Shown: positions 42,614 to 54,919, counted from the stretch's first letter. The stretch is DNA of 64,000 nt from an uncultured Methanosarcinaceae archaeon (GCA_963833425.1 CAWHXP010000003.1:160001-224000), one strand, 5' to 3'. Translations and numbers: made by a program. The notes: a model not told the origin generated them from the sequence alone.

Positions 42614-43642
42614 ATGTACAGAATAATCCGGATTCCCCCAGAAAAAGGAGAAGAAATAAGGAAAAAAGCAGCATCTGGGAAATTTCTTGATACTGCCAGA
42701 AAAATCCGAAAAATCAAAAATGATGAAGGCAGTTTTCTAGAAATCCCTCTTACAAATGCTGCAGATGACATCGTAGAAGAGTTTCCAGTCATTGAGCAGG
42801 AAAATCCTGAATTTTTTCAAAAATCATGCATCTGGGAAGAATTCCTCAAAAACCACTTTTCAGAAGCCGAACTTGCGTATGCCCCATCAGGCTGGCAGAC
42901 CATCGGTGACATAATAATAGTCAGGATACCAGAAGTACTTGAAGAAAATAAATTTAGGATAGCTGAAGCTCTGCTTTCCAAGTGCCCAAATTGCAAAAGT
43001 GTCGTAAGAGATTTTGGAATTGAAGGACAGTTTCGCCTGCCTAAAAGGGAACTTCTTATAGGGAGCAGGACGGAAACAGTGCACAAAGAACATGGCTGTT
43101 TTTTCAAGCAGGACGTAACAAAAGTGATGTATTCCAAAGGCAACCTTGAAGAAAGGAAAAGGATGAGTAGGGTTGGAAATGGGGAGGTAGTAGTAGATAT
43201 GTTCGCAGGAATAGGATATTTTTCAATTCCCATGGCTGTCCATTCTAGGCCTAAAAAAATTACATGCATTGAAATAAACCTTGAATCCTTTGCCTACCTA
43301 GAGGAAAATATCAAGCTAAATAGACTAGGAAATATAATTGTTCCAATTTTTGGAGATTGCTCAAAGTTTACTCCCGAAGGAACAGCTGACCGTGTTCTTA
43401 TGGGATATGTAGGAAACACAGATTATTACCTGGGCCAGGCTATTAAAACTTTGAAGAGCAGTGGAGGTATTCTGCACTATCATGAAACAGTCCCAGAAAA
43501 TCTTGCCAAAACCAGGCCTCAAGAGAGAATCAGAAAAGCTGCCGAGTCCCTGGTGAAGCAAGTAGAGATTTTAGAGACTCGCAGGATAAAGAAGTATTCT
43601 CCTGGTATTCTGCATGTGGTTGTGGACGCGAGAGTTTTCTAG
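42614..43642 (+). CDS. taw2: tRNA(Phe) wyosine-pathway aminocarboxypropyltransferase Taw2 (Trm5/TYW2 family)
   Basis: IGDI, HKEHGC.F..DVTKVMYSKGN..ER.RM, VVDMFAGIGYFSIP, ADRVLMGY, HYHE, KKYSPG. Confidence 0.82.
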   Translation: MYRIIRIPPEKGEEIRKKAASGKFLDTARKIRKIKNDEGSFLEIPLTNAADDIVEEFPVIEQENPEFFQKSCIWEEFLKNHFSEAELAYAPSGWQTIGDIIIVRIPEVLEENKFRIAEALLSKCPNCKSVVRDFGIEGQFRLPKRELLIGSRTETVHKEHGCFFKQDVTKVMYSKGNLEERKRMSRVGNGEVVVDMFAGIGYFSIPMAVHSRPKKITCIEINLESFAYLEENIKLNRLGNIIVPIFGDCSKFTPEGTADRVLMGYVGNTDYYLGQAIKTLKSSGGILHYHETVPENLAKTRPQERIRKAAESLVKQVEILETRRIKKYSPGILHVVVDARVF

Positions 43643-43994
43643 TGAAACTCCGAGCCTCCGTATATATTTGAAATCGGATATGATTACTATTAACCAGAGT
43701 AGGGAGATCGTATTCAATATTTTTTACTGAGATAAATACAGCTCAATTATGAGACTTTTTATTATTTTCTTATTTTTTAATTTATTGGAATTATATTTAC
43801 ATTGTCCCATTTCTTTTTTGCATCTATGAATGTCCAAAGAGTTTAATTATTAATTATCTAAACAAATAGTCTATTGTTTGAATAACATGCTAAACAAAGG
43901 AAATAACTTCTCATCCTATTTATTTTGGCTATCCACTCTACAATTATCTTGCACAGGAAATTGTTTTTAGTCAGGTTTTAAATCGTACCTAAAA

Positions 43995-44293
43995 TAATCC
44001 GCAAATTGCCATCGAAGGCTCGAATGCGACTTTGATCATGAGTGCCGAATTGCTTTTGAGGCAACTCCACCTACAAGATCGATTTGGGATATAAATTGTT
44101 AAAAATAGTAACTAAATTTTGTGGTTTAGACGTTCACAAATGCTTTTTAATTGCTACAATCTTCAGTATCTGTGGTGATAAGTAACAACAGCTAATCGAG
44201 CCAAATGATAAAGGATTTAGCCCTCAAAAAATTGATTCCATCAAAAAATTGGATATTGTTAAATGCGAATTGACTAGTGATTTTTGTATTTCT
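43995..44293 (+). mobile_element. IS110-family left end plus transposase N-terminus (copy C)
   Basis: From about 44096 reads LLKIVTKFCGLDVHKCFLIATI...CELTSDF (GLDVHK first-Asp motif); upstream non-coding hairpin. Confidence 0.72.
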
Positions 44294-44381
44294 GAGAATT
44301 TCGATAAATCCCTTTATTTTGTCAATGTGTATAAACTTTACATTAATGACTCGTGATAATCAAAAATTTACCGAAATCCCC
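44294..44381. mobile_element. 88-bp IS5-type MITE
   Basis: GAGAATTTCGATAAAT ... ATTTACCGAAATCCCC; internal ATGACTCGTGA. Confidence 0.7.
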
Positions 44382-45002
44382 TCTATTTCCTGCAATTTTA
44401 GGAATGACCATATAAATACCTTTTTAGTTAATATGAGAGAAAAATAAATTCAGGAGAATTGTTAGCTAATTCGTAGTTCTGATTTGCTATAGTTCCAAAT
44501 GATTATTTTTATGTATTTTCAATTTTTCATTAATGACTCCCTAGGGAAAAATTTCATCCATACGTTTTAATTCCATCTTTTGTAATCATCTACAGAAAAT
44601 TCAATATTGTAGAGTTGTGAGGCATAAATGACAAATATATTTAACTAAAAATGTTGTTATTTTTTTTATGAGCATGTTTTTGAGTCTACGCATCTATTGA
44701 TCGAGCACAAATCGCGAGATTTCGTTCTCTAGTGAACTTAAGTAAAAAATTTAGTATTAATTTCATTGGAATATTGTATAATTCCTCAATTTCGTCTGTT
44801 ACTAGTTTAATAATATCCATTATAATTATTGGTTTTATTTTCTATGCTATACTAGCAAGAACTGATTTTGACGCATTAAAAATGTTATATTACAGAGAAT
44901 TTTTATAAACTTAAATATTAAAATGCTAGATATTTATCGAAATTTTCTAAAGATTTCAGTTATATATTATAACACCAATCACGTGATTGTGGAATTACAT
45001 CG

Positions 45003-46205
45003 TTAATCCAGTCCCTTTCTTCCAAAGGTGTAGTTTGCGACCCTGAGGGCATCTATTTCCCCGGTTTCCTTTTCGGGAGAATCACTTAATTTCACTACAG
45101 AAACGCCATTAACGCTGTGCAGTTTTATGACCATGTTGAGAGGAGGACTTTTCCTGAAGAAAACTGAGTTATTGGTGAGACTTGTTCCGATCCCAAAACT
45201 GCATTTGATTTTGCCTTCACAATATTTTTTGATCCCGATTGCAGATTCCGAATCAAGGGCATCACTGAAAACGATTATTTTTCTTAGAGGATCTATCTCC
45301 ATTTTCTTATAATGCTCTATCACCCTATCCACAAAATAGTACGGGTCTCCGCTATCGTGTCTGACGCCATCGTAGATTTTTGATAACTTAGAGTCCATGT
45401 CCCTAAAAAATACATCAGAGCCGAATGTATCTGTAAGGGCAATTCCAAGGTCTCCATTAAAGACATTTATCCAGTTTTCAAAAGCTAAGCGGTTTGCGTA
45501 CTTGAGGCCTACAATAGCAGAAGTACCCATAACCCACTCATGGCTTACAGTACCTATTGCTCTCAGGCCATATTTCTTTGCGAAATACACATTGCTCGTT
45601 CCTCCAAAAGTCTTTATTGGAATGAGGGTTTTAATTACATTTTCATGAAATTCAAAACTTCTTCGCCTACGGGTCCCGAATTCTGAAAAAAAACAATTAT
45701 TTTCTTCGAGTGCCTTTCCAATTTCAAGAATCTTTTCTTTATAAGCTTCAATTACAGATTTATGTGTGCAGTTCTTTTCTGAGCTTATTTTCCAATCCTT
45801 TTCAATGATTAAGAAATAGAGTTCCGAAATTGCAGCCATAAGGACTACTTCCCAGAGAATAGTGCTGTGCCAGGGTCCTTTTATTCGGATGTCCAGATCT
45901 TTATCTAGAGTGAGGCAGATTTTCACCTCGTTAAGCTTAAAACGAAATTTTTTAAGGTATTCAAGGTACATGGGTTTAAGATAAGAGCAGTGCTCAGGGA
46001 GCCAATAATATTCTTCTTCTGTTAGCTTCAAATTATATATTTTCTCTTCTATGATTTTTTTGAGCTTTTCTACAAACTCTGTGGAAAAACGCTGGGATCC
46101 CCGGTTGATAAATCGATATTCAGCTTCTGCTTTAGGAAAAAATTCTAGCACTGCTAGCTGCATTGTGAATTTATAAAGATCGTTATCGAGTATTGAATTT
46201 ATCAC
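45003..46205 (-). CDS. pncB: Nicotinate phosphoribosyltransferase
   Basis: [59 protein letters not shown]. Confidence 0.95.
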   Translation of the reverse strand: MINSILDNDLYKFTMQLAVLEFFPKAEAEYRFINRGSQRFSTEFVEKLKKIIEEKIYNLKLTEEEYYWLPEHCSYLKPMYLEYLKKFRFKLNEVKICLTLDKDLDIRIKGPWHSTILWEVVLMAAISELYFLIIEKDWKISSEKNCTHKSVIEAYKEKILEIGKALEENNCFFSEFGTRRRRSFEFHENVIKTLIPIKTFGGTSNVYFAKKYGLRAIGTVSHEWVMGTSAIVGLKYANRLAFENWINVFNGDLGIALTDTFGSDVFFRDMDSKLSKIYDGVRHDSGDPYYFVDRVIEHYKKMEIDPLRKIIVFSDALDSESAIGIKKYCEGKIKCSFGIGTSLTNNSVFFRKSPPLNMVIKLHSVNGVSVVKLSDSPEKETGEIDALRVANYTFGRKGLD

Positions 46206-46539
46206 TTTAGATCTTCCTATACTTTTTTATATTTTCCCTTACGCAAATCAATAACTTATTTATTTAGCAACTTTCTGATTAGCAGGTATAGAGCATACTA
46301 CATTTTTTAAAATTTATTGCATTCTGATACATCAAGTTTTCTTCATTTAGTTTTTACAATAAAATTTAACATTTTTGAAACTTATAAAAAAATTTCTTGG
46401 AAAGTGCATAAATCTCTTAATTAACCACAAATTCAAAGTTAAACGAAGGAAAGCATTAAAAACTCAAGAATACGGGATAGATTCTCCAGTGCTTTCTTTC
46501 TCCAGGGCTGTACAATACTAAATGACTTAAATATGCATA

Positions 46540-47040
46540 GTTGCACCAAAAATTAGTACATAATTTCCAAATTGATTACACATCTTTTATCATAACTTTA
46601 AGTCCACTAGGAATCTTATTTTTCCCAATATTATATTTTTACATAAATATCAAGAGCTCTGCATTAAGTAAATATACATATTGAATGATTCTACCCTTAT
46701 TGCCCTTAAAAAGTTTCTAGTCATTTTGCTGATGAAATTTTCAATAATGTTCGATCAAGATGCATTTTTTGATGTTAATCCGAGTTTTAACTTTCTCCTT
46801 CTCAAAGTGCTTAGATATTTTTATATTCGCCTATGATGCATGTAGGTTTGATTTTTTATAATTCAGGATATCTCTCCTTGGTACAGTTTTTCGAATGTAT
46901 TTAGCTATCTAACCAATGCTGACATATTTATGTGGATGCTCAATCTCTTTAGTTCCAAGCATGCAATCTTGATAATCCATCAATGAGATTCACTTGTATT
47001 ATTTTTTGATATTAATTTCCGTTTTTTTCTCAGGCTTGAT
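46540..47040 (-). pseudogene. Highly degraded transposase-like remnant
   Basis: Fragmentary frames such as SNIIENFISK and KYLSTLRRRKLK; many stops; family uncertain. Confidence 0.25.
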
Positions 47041-47692
47041 CTGAATTTAAAATGTGGATACTATCGTCTCTAAGAATTGCTTAATAAATAGTGAACATAA
47101 TAATTATTATTTGTTTTCAAATTGCAGTGATATCATTTATATTGGAAATTATTAATAACTTATTTACATAATTCGAGATTTAAATAAATTATGAGGCTTT
47201 GCTAAGCTTCAACTATAATGAGAATTATAAAAGTTTTATTTTGGTGTGTGAAATTTGATCCACGAATTTCTATGGGATAACCCAATATTCTTATATTTTT
47301 AGATACTATCAAAAAGATAATATGGAAGATAAAAGAGTACATATGTAGGATAATTGATATCTATCATCTATCATTTTATGAAGGAAATTTACTTTTGCTC
47401 GTATATTAGACTCGCTGCATTGAGTAAAAAACAAGAAATATAGAGACTTTTAATATTCTTTGTAAACGCAAAAATTTATCATTGTTTCCACATTCTGTAA
47501 TTGAAATAAATAAAATCCAAGAAGTAGTAAAAAGCCTCTTTTTGCACGAATGATGTTACATTCTGATGGATTTTTTATCAAAAAGTGAGTTTTAAGTGGA
47601 ATTCTCAGAGTTATGGATGCAAAAAATAAAATTTATTTTTGTTTAGTCTTAATAAAAATAGCTATCTTCCCTCAAATAAGGAGGAAGCCAGA

Positions 47693-48364
47693 ATGATGAT
47701 CGCAGGAATTGATGAAGCAGGAAAAGGACCTGTAATCGGGCCTATGTGTATTGGAGGCATAAAAATAGAGGAGTCTAAAGTCCACATCCTCAAGTTACTT
47801 GGAGTTGCGGATTCCAAGAAATTGACGCCGAAAAAAAGAGAGCACCTTGCAGGTCTAATAAAAAAGCATTCAGAAGGTTATTTTATACTTGAAGTCAGCC
47901 CCTCTCAGATAGACGGACTCCGGAAGATAATGAATATGAATGAGGTAATGGTAGTTTGCTTTGCAAAAGTGCTTGAACAACTTAAACCTGATATTGTGTA
48001 TGTTGATGCTGTTGATGTCAATGCCGAACGTTTTGCTGAAAATCTCCGTAGACAGTATGCAAAAAATAATCAAAATGATCCAACGAAAATTGATATAGTT
48101 TCCATGCACCAGGCAGATGTGCTATATCCGACAGTCTCAGCGGCCTCTATTATTGCAAAGGTGCGCAGGGATGAAATAATTGGAGAACTAAAAAAAGAGT
48201 GGGATATAGATTTCGGTAGCGGCTATCCATCAGACCCAAAAACAATCGAATTTCTCTTTAAGTGGGGAAGACAACACTGTGGAGCGTTCCCCAGCATTGT
48301 CAGGCAGTCCTGGAAGACTGTAGAAAATATTAGAGAAATAATAAAAAATACAGAAATGAAGTGA
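47693..48364 (+). CDS. rnhB: Ribonuclease HII
   Basis: ATG 47693 after GGAGG; AGIDEAGKGPVIGP, DSKKL, VDA, VSAASIIAKV.RD, GSGYPSDP. Confidence 0.95.
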   Translation: MMIAGIDEAGKGPVIGPMCIGGIKIEESKVHILKLLGVADSKKLTPKKREHLAGLIKKHSEGYFILEVSPSQIDGLRKIMNMNEVMVVCFAKVLEQLKPDIVYVDAVDVNAERFAENLRRQYAKNNQNDPTKIDIVSMHQADVLYPTVSAASIIAKVRRDEIIGELKKEWDIDFGSGYPSDPKTIEFLFKWGRQHCGAFPSIVRQSWKTVENIREIIKNTEMK

Positions 48365-48589
48365 AATCGCAGTAAATAATATTAATTATCCAGCCTATCA
48401 AAAATCAGTTGAAACATATCTCTTTTGATGTGATACCTACTTCCGATTACTAACCGATTGAGATATCAAAAACATAATTAATAGTCGACAAGTAAATGAA
48501 CGAAACCGCCGAAATTGCTCTTTGAATCTCAGTAAAGACGGTTATTGGTACTATTTTTCCCAGTCTGAGAGAGACAAATAATAAATCTA

Positions 48590-48686
48590 GAGGATTTTGA
48601 TAATCCTCTTAATTTAGTCCTAAGCTTATAGATGAATATATGATATATTGATGACTCGTGAAAATACCAAGTTTATCGAGATTGTC
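48590..48686. mobile_element. IS5-type MITE (97 bp)
   Basis: GAGGATTTTGATAA ... GTTTATCGAGATTGTC; internal ATGACTCGTGAAAAT. Confidence 0.62.
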
Positions 48687-49161
48687 ACAAGTTATTAAAA
48701 TGAAAGAAATGTATATTGTTGGAATTTGTTTCTCCCACAATATCCTTTTTTCCGTTGATGTTCGTAGGTATTCACGGCTTTATGGAAAGCCTCCTTCCAA
48801 AACACCTCAAAATGCGAGTCTCAGGTTTGCAGGGTAGAATAATTATATCCCCATATTTAAGTCGTATTGCGTCTCTAACGGTACTGCCACTTACCTATAT
48901 GCTACACAAAAATCAAGATCATTTATCTGCATAAATACATTCTCTCTGGAGTAGGCTAATGGTCGGTAGATAGTTGAGTGCTGCAATTTTTGCCTCCAGA
49001 TTTTTTCTGGATGCGCCCAATAGATTCCAGATACTATAGTATTTGCATCAAAAATTCCTAAAGCAAGTTCCCTAAATATACGAGGCATTTATGCTGTTTG
49101 AGGGATTCTTTCCTGTTCTGAGGGCTGATCGTAAATTGGTCATCTCCTTTATGTCCATCTG

Positions 49162-49833
49162 AGACACCGCTCACTATATCATGATGGCTGGCGTGCCGTA
49201 TGTCCATGGCCTGATCCTTCTTTCACTGAAGCCGGAAAACCTTTTGGAGAACCGATTTCTGCGGATAAATTGACTGAGCTTGACGCAAAAGGCTGGGAGC
49301 TTTATCATGTTGAGAAGGATTGGGCAGAGAACCACAATATTGCTACAGATAATCGACCTAAATTGATTGAGATGGTTGCCACCTGGTATGCAGAAGCCGG
49401 AAAGTATAACGTGCTACCTATCGATAGTCGAGGAGTTCTGCGCATTGCCGATCAAAGACCAGCTATTGCAATAAATAGCATGCGCTACACCTATTATCCC
49501 GGCACTCAGGAGATCCCCGCAACTGTAGCAGTCAACGTTCTCAACCGCCCACATAGTATTATAGCCGATGTTGAGATCCCTGTAGGAGGAGCTGAAGGAA
49601 TTTTGCTCTCTCATGGTGGTATCGATGGCGGTTATTCATTCTATGTCAAAGACGGGAAGCTTCACTGGGCGCATAACTACGTATCTAGGGTTTTCTATCA
49701 TATAGAATCGAATGAGAATGTTCCTGGAGGGAGACATCAACTTGGGTTTGAGTTTGAGGTTACAGGTAACCCAGATTTTGCTAATGATAAGGATCCACCT
49801 GGAATTGCTAAGCTCTTTATAGATGGTAAGTTA
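49162..49833 (+). pseudogene. Arylsulfatase, C-terminal fragment
   Basis: HRSLYHDGWRAVCPWP...WELYHVEKDWAENHNIA...WYAEAGKYNVLPID...GGYSFYVKDGKL...LFIDGKL; catalytic N-terminal domain absent. Confidence 0.85.
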
Positions 49834-50908
49834 AGCGGTCGGTAACTGTGGCGCAAGTGAGCGATGATCGAGAGCATAATAGCTATCTTAATGCCCTGTT
49901 CAACTCCAATAAATATAACCGCCATAGCTGTTATCAAGGCGACGACGAATTCTACAGGCCGTTGTCTGTGAAGAGCAGTCATACCTTTGATATCGACAAG
50001 GTGCAAACCAATGAGTAATACCACTGATGAAAGTACACATGTGGGTAAATAGGCTAATGGCTGAGTAAGAAATACCAAAACTATCAAAACAGTGAAGACT
50101 GTTGTAAGCTGGGTAAGTTGAGTATACCCTCCGACACTTTTAACCATTTCTGTTTTAGTTGGACTCCCATTAACCACGAAAGTACCTGATATACCTGCTG
50201 CTACATTAGCAAAGCTCAATCCAATGAGATCTAAATTTTCATTATAAGTGTCTGAGAACTTCATAGCATAAGCCCGAGAAGTTGCAGCACTCTGGGCAAG
50301 GATGACAATAAAACAAGCCACTGATGTGTTAAGGATCTTCGGGATATCAGACAATGAAACTTGGGGAAAAGAAAGATGTGGCAAACCACCTGGTACTGTG
50401 CCAAGTATGGTGATACCATAAGAAGAAAGATCTAATGCCCAGTTTACAGCGATTGCACCAATCATTGCTAATAGTGCACCTGGTACTTTGCTGTGGATCT
50501 TTCCACTAAGAGTAATTATCCCAATCACAGATAAAGAGACCGAGAGTGTGGGAATATTTGTAAGATACAGATATTTGAACAAATATGTGATCTGCATAAG
50601 TGTTCCATATGAACCGTGAGGAATCCCGAGTACTTCGCTAAGCTCTGAGATTGAGATTTGAATGCCGACGCCTGTGAGAAATCCTATTAGAACTGTGTGA
50701 GAAAGAAAATCAGCAAGAAAACCGAATTGAAGTAGGCCTCCGAGGAGTAACAAAGCCGCTACAAGAAGGGCGATCATACCAGCATATGCAACATATTTTG
50801 GTGATTCGGGAGTAGCTATTGTCACCAATACACTTGCCATAATGGCTGCAGTTGCGGAATCAGCTCCAACGACGAGATGACGGGATGAACCAAAAATAGC
50901 AAATGATA
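49830..50908 (-). pseudogene. SulP/SLC26 sulfate permease, truncated at both ends
   Basis: FAIFGSSRHLVVGADSATAA, GFLTGVG, NGSPTKT, HLRHSYRP; first TM region and STAS domain missing. Confidence 0.85.
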
Positions 50909-51194
50909 TACTTATTTTTGTTCAGAATTTGGATGATTTTGATGAGGCAGACACTTTCATAATGCTGTACATTAAGGCATTAAACAATACCTTAGAATCC
51001 AAAAAGGAAAACTATAGAATAGACGAAAATGAGGTAAGAAAAATCATAGCCGAAACCGACGAGAGATTCGTATATGGGGAAGAAGTATATGAAGAATATG
51101 AAGAAGAATAAAGAAATGAATGAATTCGAATGGCATAAGCCGCTAAATAAAATGTATTTATGAGCAGAAGGAAGAAAAAGTTCCGAAAAAAAGC

Positions 51195-51430
51195 TCTGAG
51201 AGATCCTTAATTTAATGTAAATTGCTTCTATTATCTCTTCAATTACATTATAACTATTATTTTAAGTTTTACTTATTTGGCCTGATTATGAAACTTTCTT
51301 GCCCGAAGTACATTTCCAAACTTTCTTATGACAATAGAGACATGTCTCCGCTCTATTCCTTTTATTGTATTTTATTTTGTCAAAGGCTATGTGAAGCTGT
51401 CTTCTGTATTTTCCCAAAGCTGAATCATTA
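51195..51430 (-). mobile_element. 3' end remnant of the IS5-family element seen at 53922-54919
   Basis: Aligns with 53922-54150 (GAAACTTTCTTGCC.AAGTAC...TGTCTCCGCT...GCTGTCTTCTGTATTTT). Confidence 0.7.
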
Positions 51431-51514
51431 AGACTCTTTCTTCCTGGATTAAGCTTTGAATATAGACAACTTTGTTATGCATAGGTTTTATAGAAAAGAA
51501 ATCTCTGCACCAAA

Positions 51515-51830
51515 AAGAACACAGAGCCATTCTGAATTTACAGAACTTTCGTTAAACTGCCAAGTTTTAGTGCTAAATTGGAGACTATTTTTAAAAATAC
51601 TGTAGAATATGAATTAATATAAGTCTTTTTTGAAGTTCTCATTTTTCAAAAACAAAATATCACATCAACCGAAGACGACATAGGACCAAATAACCCAATA
51701 TTTAATATCAGATCCAGAAAATACAACTCTTTAAACAATTCCTATGAGATCTTGCAGATCACAAAAAAATAATATATTTATTATGTTATGAAATAAATAT
51801 TAATTAATTCCAATTCTCGACAAATTACAG
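51515..51830 (+). repeat. ~320-bp dispersed repeat; second copy at about 17160-17253 plus 18386-18620, split by IS5
   Basis: Shared ACAGAGCCATTC, AGTTTTAGTGCTAA, AGACTATTTTTAAAAATACTGTAGAATA, ACATAGGACCAAA, ATATCAGATCC, ATCTTGCAG, ATTAATTAATT. Confidence 0.8.
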
Positions 51831-52066
51831 TCTTAAACTGCATAGTATTTAAAGTAATTTTGCTTAAACTCTCATTACACTTTCTTAAAAAAGGAGGTAT
51901 AATCATTTTCTAAATTTCATCAATTATTCAAGTTAACAAGTAAAATCCATAAAAAAACAAACTTTAAAAATATTTAACTAACTAAATAAAAAATTGGAAA
52001 GATAGGTTATCTAAAGTCCTTCTACTCCCTGCATGTCGATGGTTAGTTAAACAAACTTGATATCAA

Positions 52067-53872
52067 TCAGATCAATTGTCCAATAAAAGGTCCAACTATC
52101 ATGAACATTAAAGAGAAAAGGATCATTATAGAAAAACCTGCTGCAATAGAACTCGATATCTTTTCCGACGTTGCTTCATCCATTGTAAACCTATATATAA
52201 AAGAATAAATAGAATCTTTAAATACATATCCTCCATCCAAGGGTACAGCAGGAAGACAGTTAAAAAGTCCAACATAAAAATTCAGCCAACCAACCCAGAG
52301 CAAAATATTTGCGATCCAGAAAATCCCACCCCCTAAAGGTTCTGCCCAGCCCACTGGATGATAAAATTGCATGATCACGCCTGAAAACCCGCGGAATCCT
52401 TCACCTGCAAATCCATAAATAGGAAGTCCAAAAAGGATAACCCAGCCTGCAGGCACTGTGAGTAAGGAAGGTATTTGCTTTAAGGCTTCAAGATATAACT
52501 TTGCCTGTGACATCCCTAAAGAAATTCCTAGCATAGGGCATTCTATAATCTCTTTATTCCCGTAGCTAACTCCAAGGAAGCCGTTTTTACCTCCAAAGGA
52601 ATTCGAAGCTAGTTTCACATCAAAAACAACTGTACCGTTTTTATTGACGTTGCCCTTATAGTTTTCAGGAGGCATAAGTTCAACCTTTACAGTCTGGTTT
52701 GCCTTAGTTGCCTTCATGAAGTTTAGGAAACTCGCAATACTGTATATTTGATTGCCATTGATCCGAACCATTACCATTCCGGTCTCAATTCCTGCAGCTT
52801 CTGCTGGGCTTCCTTTAATGACCCCTTCAACTAGCACTCCATTTGCGTAGTCTCTGGGAACTGAAACTGTATTTAAATGGTACACAGAGCTAAGACCATC
52901 TTTAATGCCATGAATGCGCACAGGAACCCCGGGCTTGACCTTTTCAAAATATGTCAAAAGGTCTAAAGATGTAGTGATGATCGTATTATCAACCTGCGTG
53001 ATTATCACACCTTGCTGAATCCCTGCAAGACTAGCTGGAGAGCTTTCATTTACTTTTAAAACCATGGCGTCACTCAAAGGGGCAATTGCCCCAAGTACAG
53101 GCCCAAAGAAAAGGAGAAAAGCGATAAAAGCCACGCTAAAATTGGCCATAACTCCACTTGCAAGAATCCGAGCTCTTTGAATCCTTTTAACTGTTTTTGC
53201 AGCTTTTAAATCGGATTTTTTAGCTTCAAATCTATCATTTTCTTTCCATTCGCCCCATTTATTCCCTTCCTGCTCCCATTCTTCGATTTCCTCAATAGTG
53301 GCTGTTAGAGGCAGTTTTTTTTTCACTTTTTCCTTTTTTCCGAAAAGCTGTTCATCATCAGGTTCCGCAAAACCTCCAACTGGAACAAGGGCAAACAGAA
53401 TTCCCATTGATTTAACCCTTATGCCTTCAACTCGGCAAAGAATCGCATGGGAGAACTCGTGCACAACAAGAGTGACTATTAGAGCAATGACACCCCATGA
53501 GAAGGGAATGAATTCGTTCACTCCAGGGATCAGAAAAATATTTCTTGGGGAATTGTACTTTCCAGGCACTAGCACATTTCCATTCAGGAAGGAAGCATAG
53601 AGTGCGAGGTCCGAGAAAACGAGGATCAGGAACATTGAAAGCATTCCTGCAAACATTATCAAAATTCCAAGATTTGCAAAGCTTCTCCAGTAAAGCTTAG
53701 GACGGGCCAATATATCCAACATTTTGAGACCTTTAGTTGTCCTGATCATAAGGATGGGAAGTGGCCCGAAAGTGCTGATGTTATACTTCTCAAGAGTACC
53801 CCTTCTGTCAAGAAAGGATACAAGAAACCAGTAAAGTAAAAAAATACCCAATGCGATGTTTGTACCATTCAA
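52067..53872 (-). CDS. Site-2 protease (M50) with two PDZ domains
   Basis: HEFSH, GGFAEPD, GVMANF, SPA..AGI twice, FNCLPAVPLDGG. Confidence 0.93.
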   Translation of the reverse strand: MNGTNIALGIFLLYWFLVSFLDRRGTLEKYNISTFGPLPILMIRTTKGLKMLDILARPKLYWRSFANLGILIMFAGMLSMFLILVFSDLALYASFLNGNVLVPGKYNSPRNIFLIPGVNEFIPFSWGVIALIVTLVVHEFSHAILCRVEGIRVKSMGILFALVPVGGFAEPDDEQLFGKKEKVKKKLPLTATIEEIEEWEQEGNKWGEWKENDRFEAKKSDLKAAKTVKRIQRARILASGVMANFSVAFIAFLLFFGPVLGAIAPLSDAMVLKVNESSPASLAGIQQGVIITQVDNTIITTSLDLLTYFEKVKPGVPVRIHGIKDGLSSVYHLNTVSVPRDYANGVLVEGVIKGSPAEAAGIETGMVMVRINGNQIYSIASFLNFMKATKANQTVKVELMPPENYKGNVNKNGTVVFDVKLASNSFGGKNGFLGVSYGNKEIIECPMLGISLGMSQAKLYLEALKQIPSLLTVPAGWVILFGLPIYGFAGEGFRGFSGVIMQFYHPVGWAEPLGGGIFWIANILLWVGWLNFYVGLFNCLPAVPLDGGYVFKDSIYSFIYRFTMDEATSEKISSSIAAGFSIMILFSLMFMIVGPFIGQLI

Positions 53873-53921
53873 GGAAATTCTCCTAAATCATTAAGCTGAA
53901 CAAATATATAGAGGATTTTGA

Positions 53922-54919
53922 GGTTTTGTAGAAATCCTTAATTCCATGGGAATTATTTCTACAATCTTTTTATTTACTCATAGACTATAGTTTAAATTTA
54001 ACTTCTATGACTTGAATATGGAACTTTCTTGCCTAAAGTACTTCTCCAAACTTCCCTTTGGCAACAGAAACGTTGTCTCCGCTATATTCCTTTAATTGTA
54101 TTTAATTTTATTAAAGATTAAGTGCAGCTGTCTTCTGTATTTTTTCCAAAATTATCGCTCTCTTTCTTTTTCTTACAGTTCTGATTGAGTCCACTCTTAT
54201 TTTTTTTCTAATTAGGGAAATGATTTTTTTCTGAATCACATACTTTATTCACCACATAACATTGAAATTTTCTTATCCTTTTTGATTGTTTTATCAGAGC
54301 ATTTGTATTTATGATTTCATGATATGTTTTTTGACTAATTTTACATCATAATACTACCCTTTTAGATGTGTCTACTGACATTGAAGTTTTCAAGAAGCTC
54401 CTTCGTAGCTTCCATGTTCCACGAGAATAATATTAATGGTATAGGAACCTGTAAATCCGTCGAATCAGTTCCCGCAAAAGATACCATTTCTCCATGTGAG
54501 TAAATAACTTTAGAATTTTTGACAAAAGAAGGTTAATAGAGATGAGGGAATTTTAAATACAAACTTTTGAGGGGTAGTAAAAATAGAAGGCTCATTAAGA
54601 TCGAGTTTTTCTTTTATATTGCTCATTGGGTCAATAAGTCCTACAAAATCTCGATAGTCTGTACTAATATACTCCTTCAATAAAACCAGAACAAAAAGTT
54701 TATGCTGAGTATAAACATGTTTGGAATATTTGCAGGAATAAATGCCCACTCCGGAAAACATAACAGTTTCAAAGCTGGTATCAACAAGTTTAATGTACTT
54801 ACTAAATTTAAATATTATATGGTTATTCGTTTTTTTCTGGGAAAATATAGAATATTTTATAACATGATATTTATAAAAAATATAGGGGAATGCACAACTT
54901 AGAGAATTTCTACAGATCA
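53922..54919 (-). mobile_element. IS5-family element, degenerate
   Basis: Inverted ends GGTTTTGTAGAAATCC / GAATTTCTACAGATC; transposase fragment YSCKYSKHVYTQHKLFVLVLLKEY...DYRDFV, later GTDSTDL; many frameshifts. Confidence 0.8.

Noticed and set aside
45003..46205. Functional link between pncB and the SIR2 NADase
   Set aside because: More than 30 kb apart; pncB is an ordinary NAD-salvage gene.
50929..51111. Acidic 60-aa ORF
   Set aside because: Probably a C-terminal remnant at the SulP deletion junction; no credible start or family.
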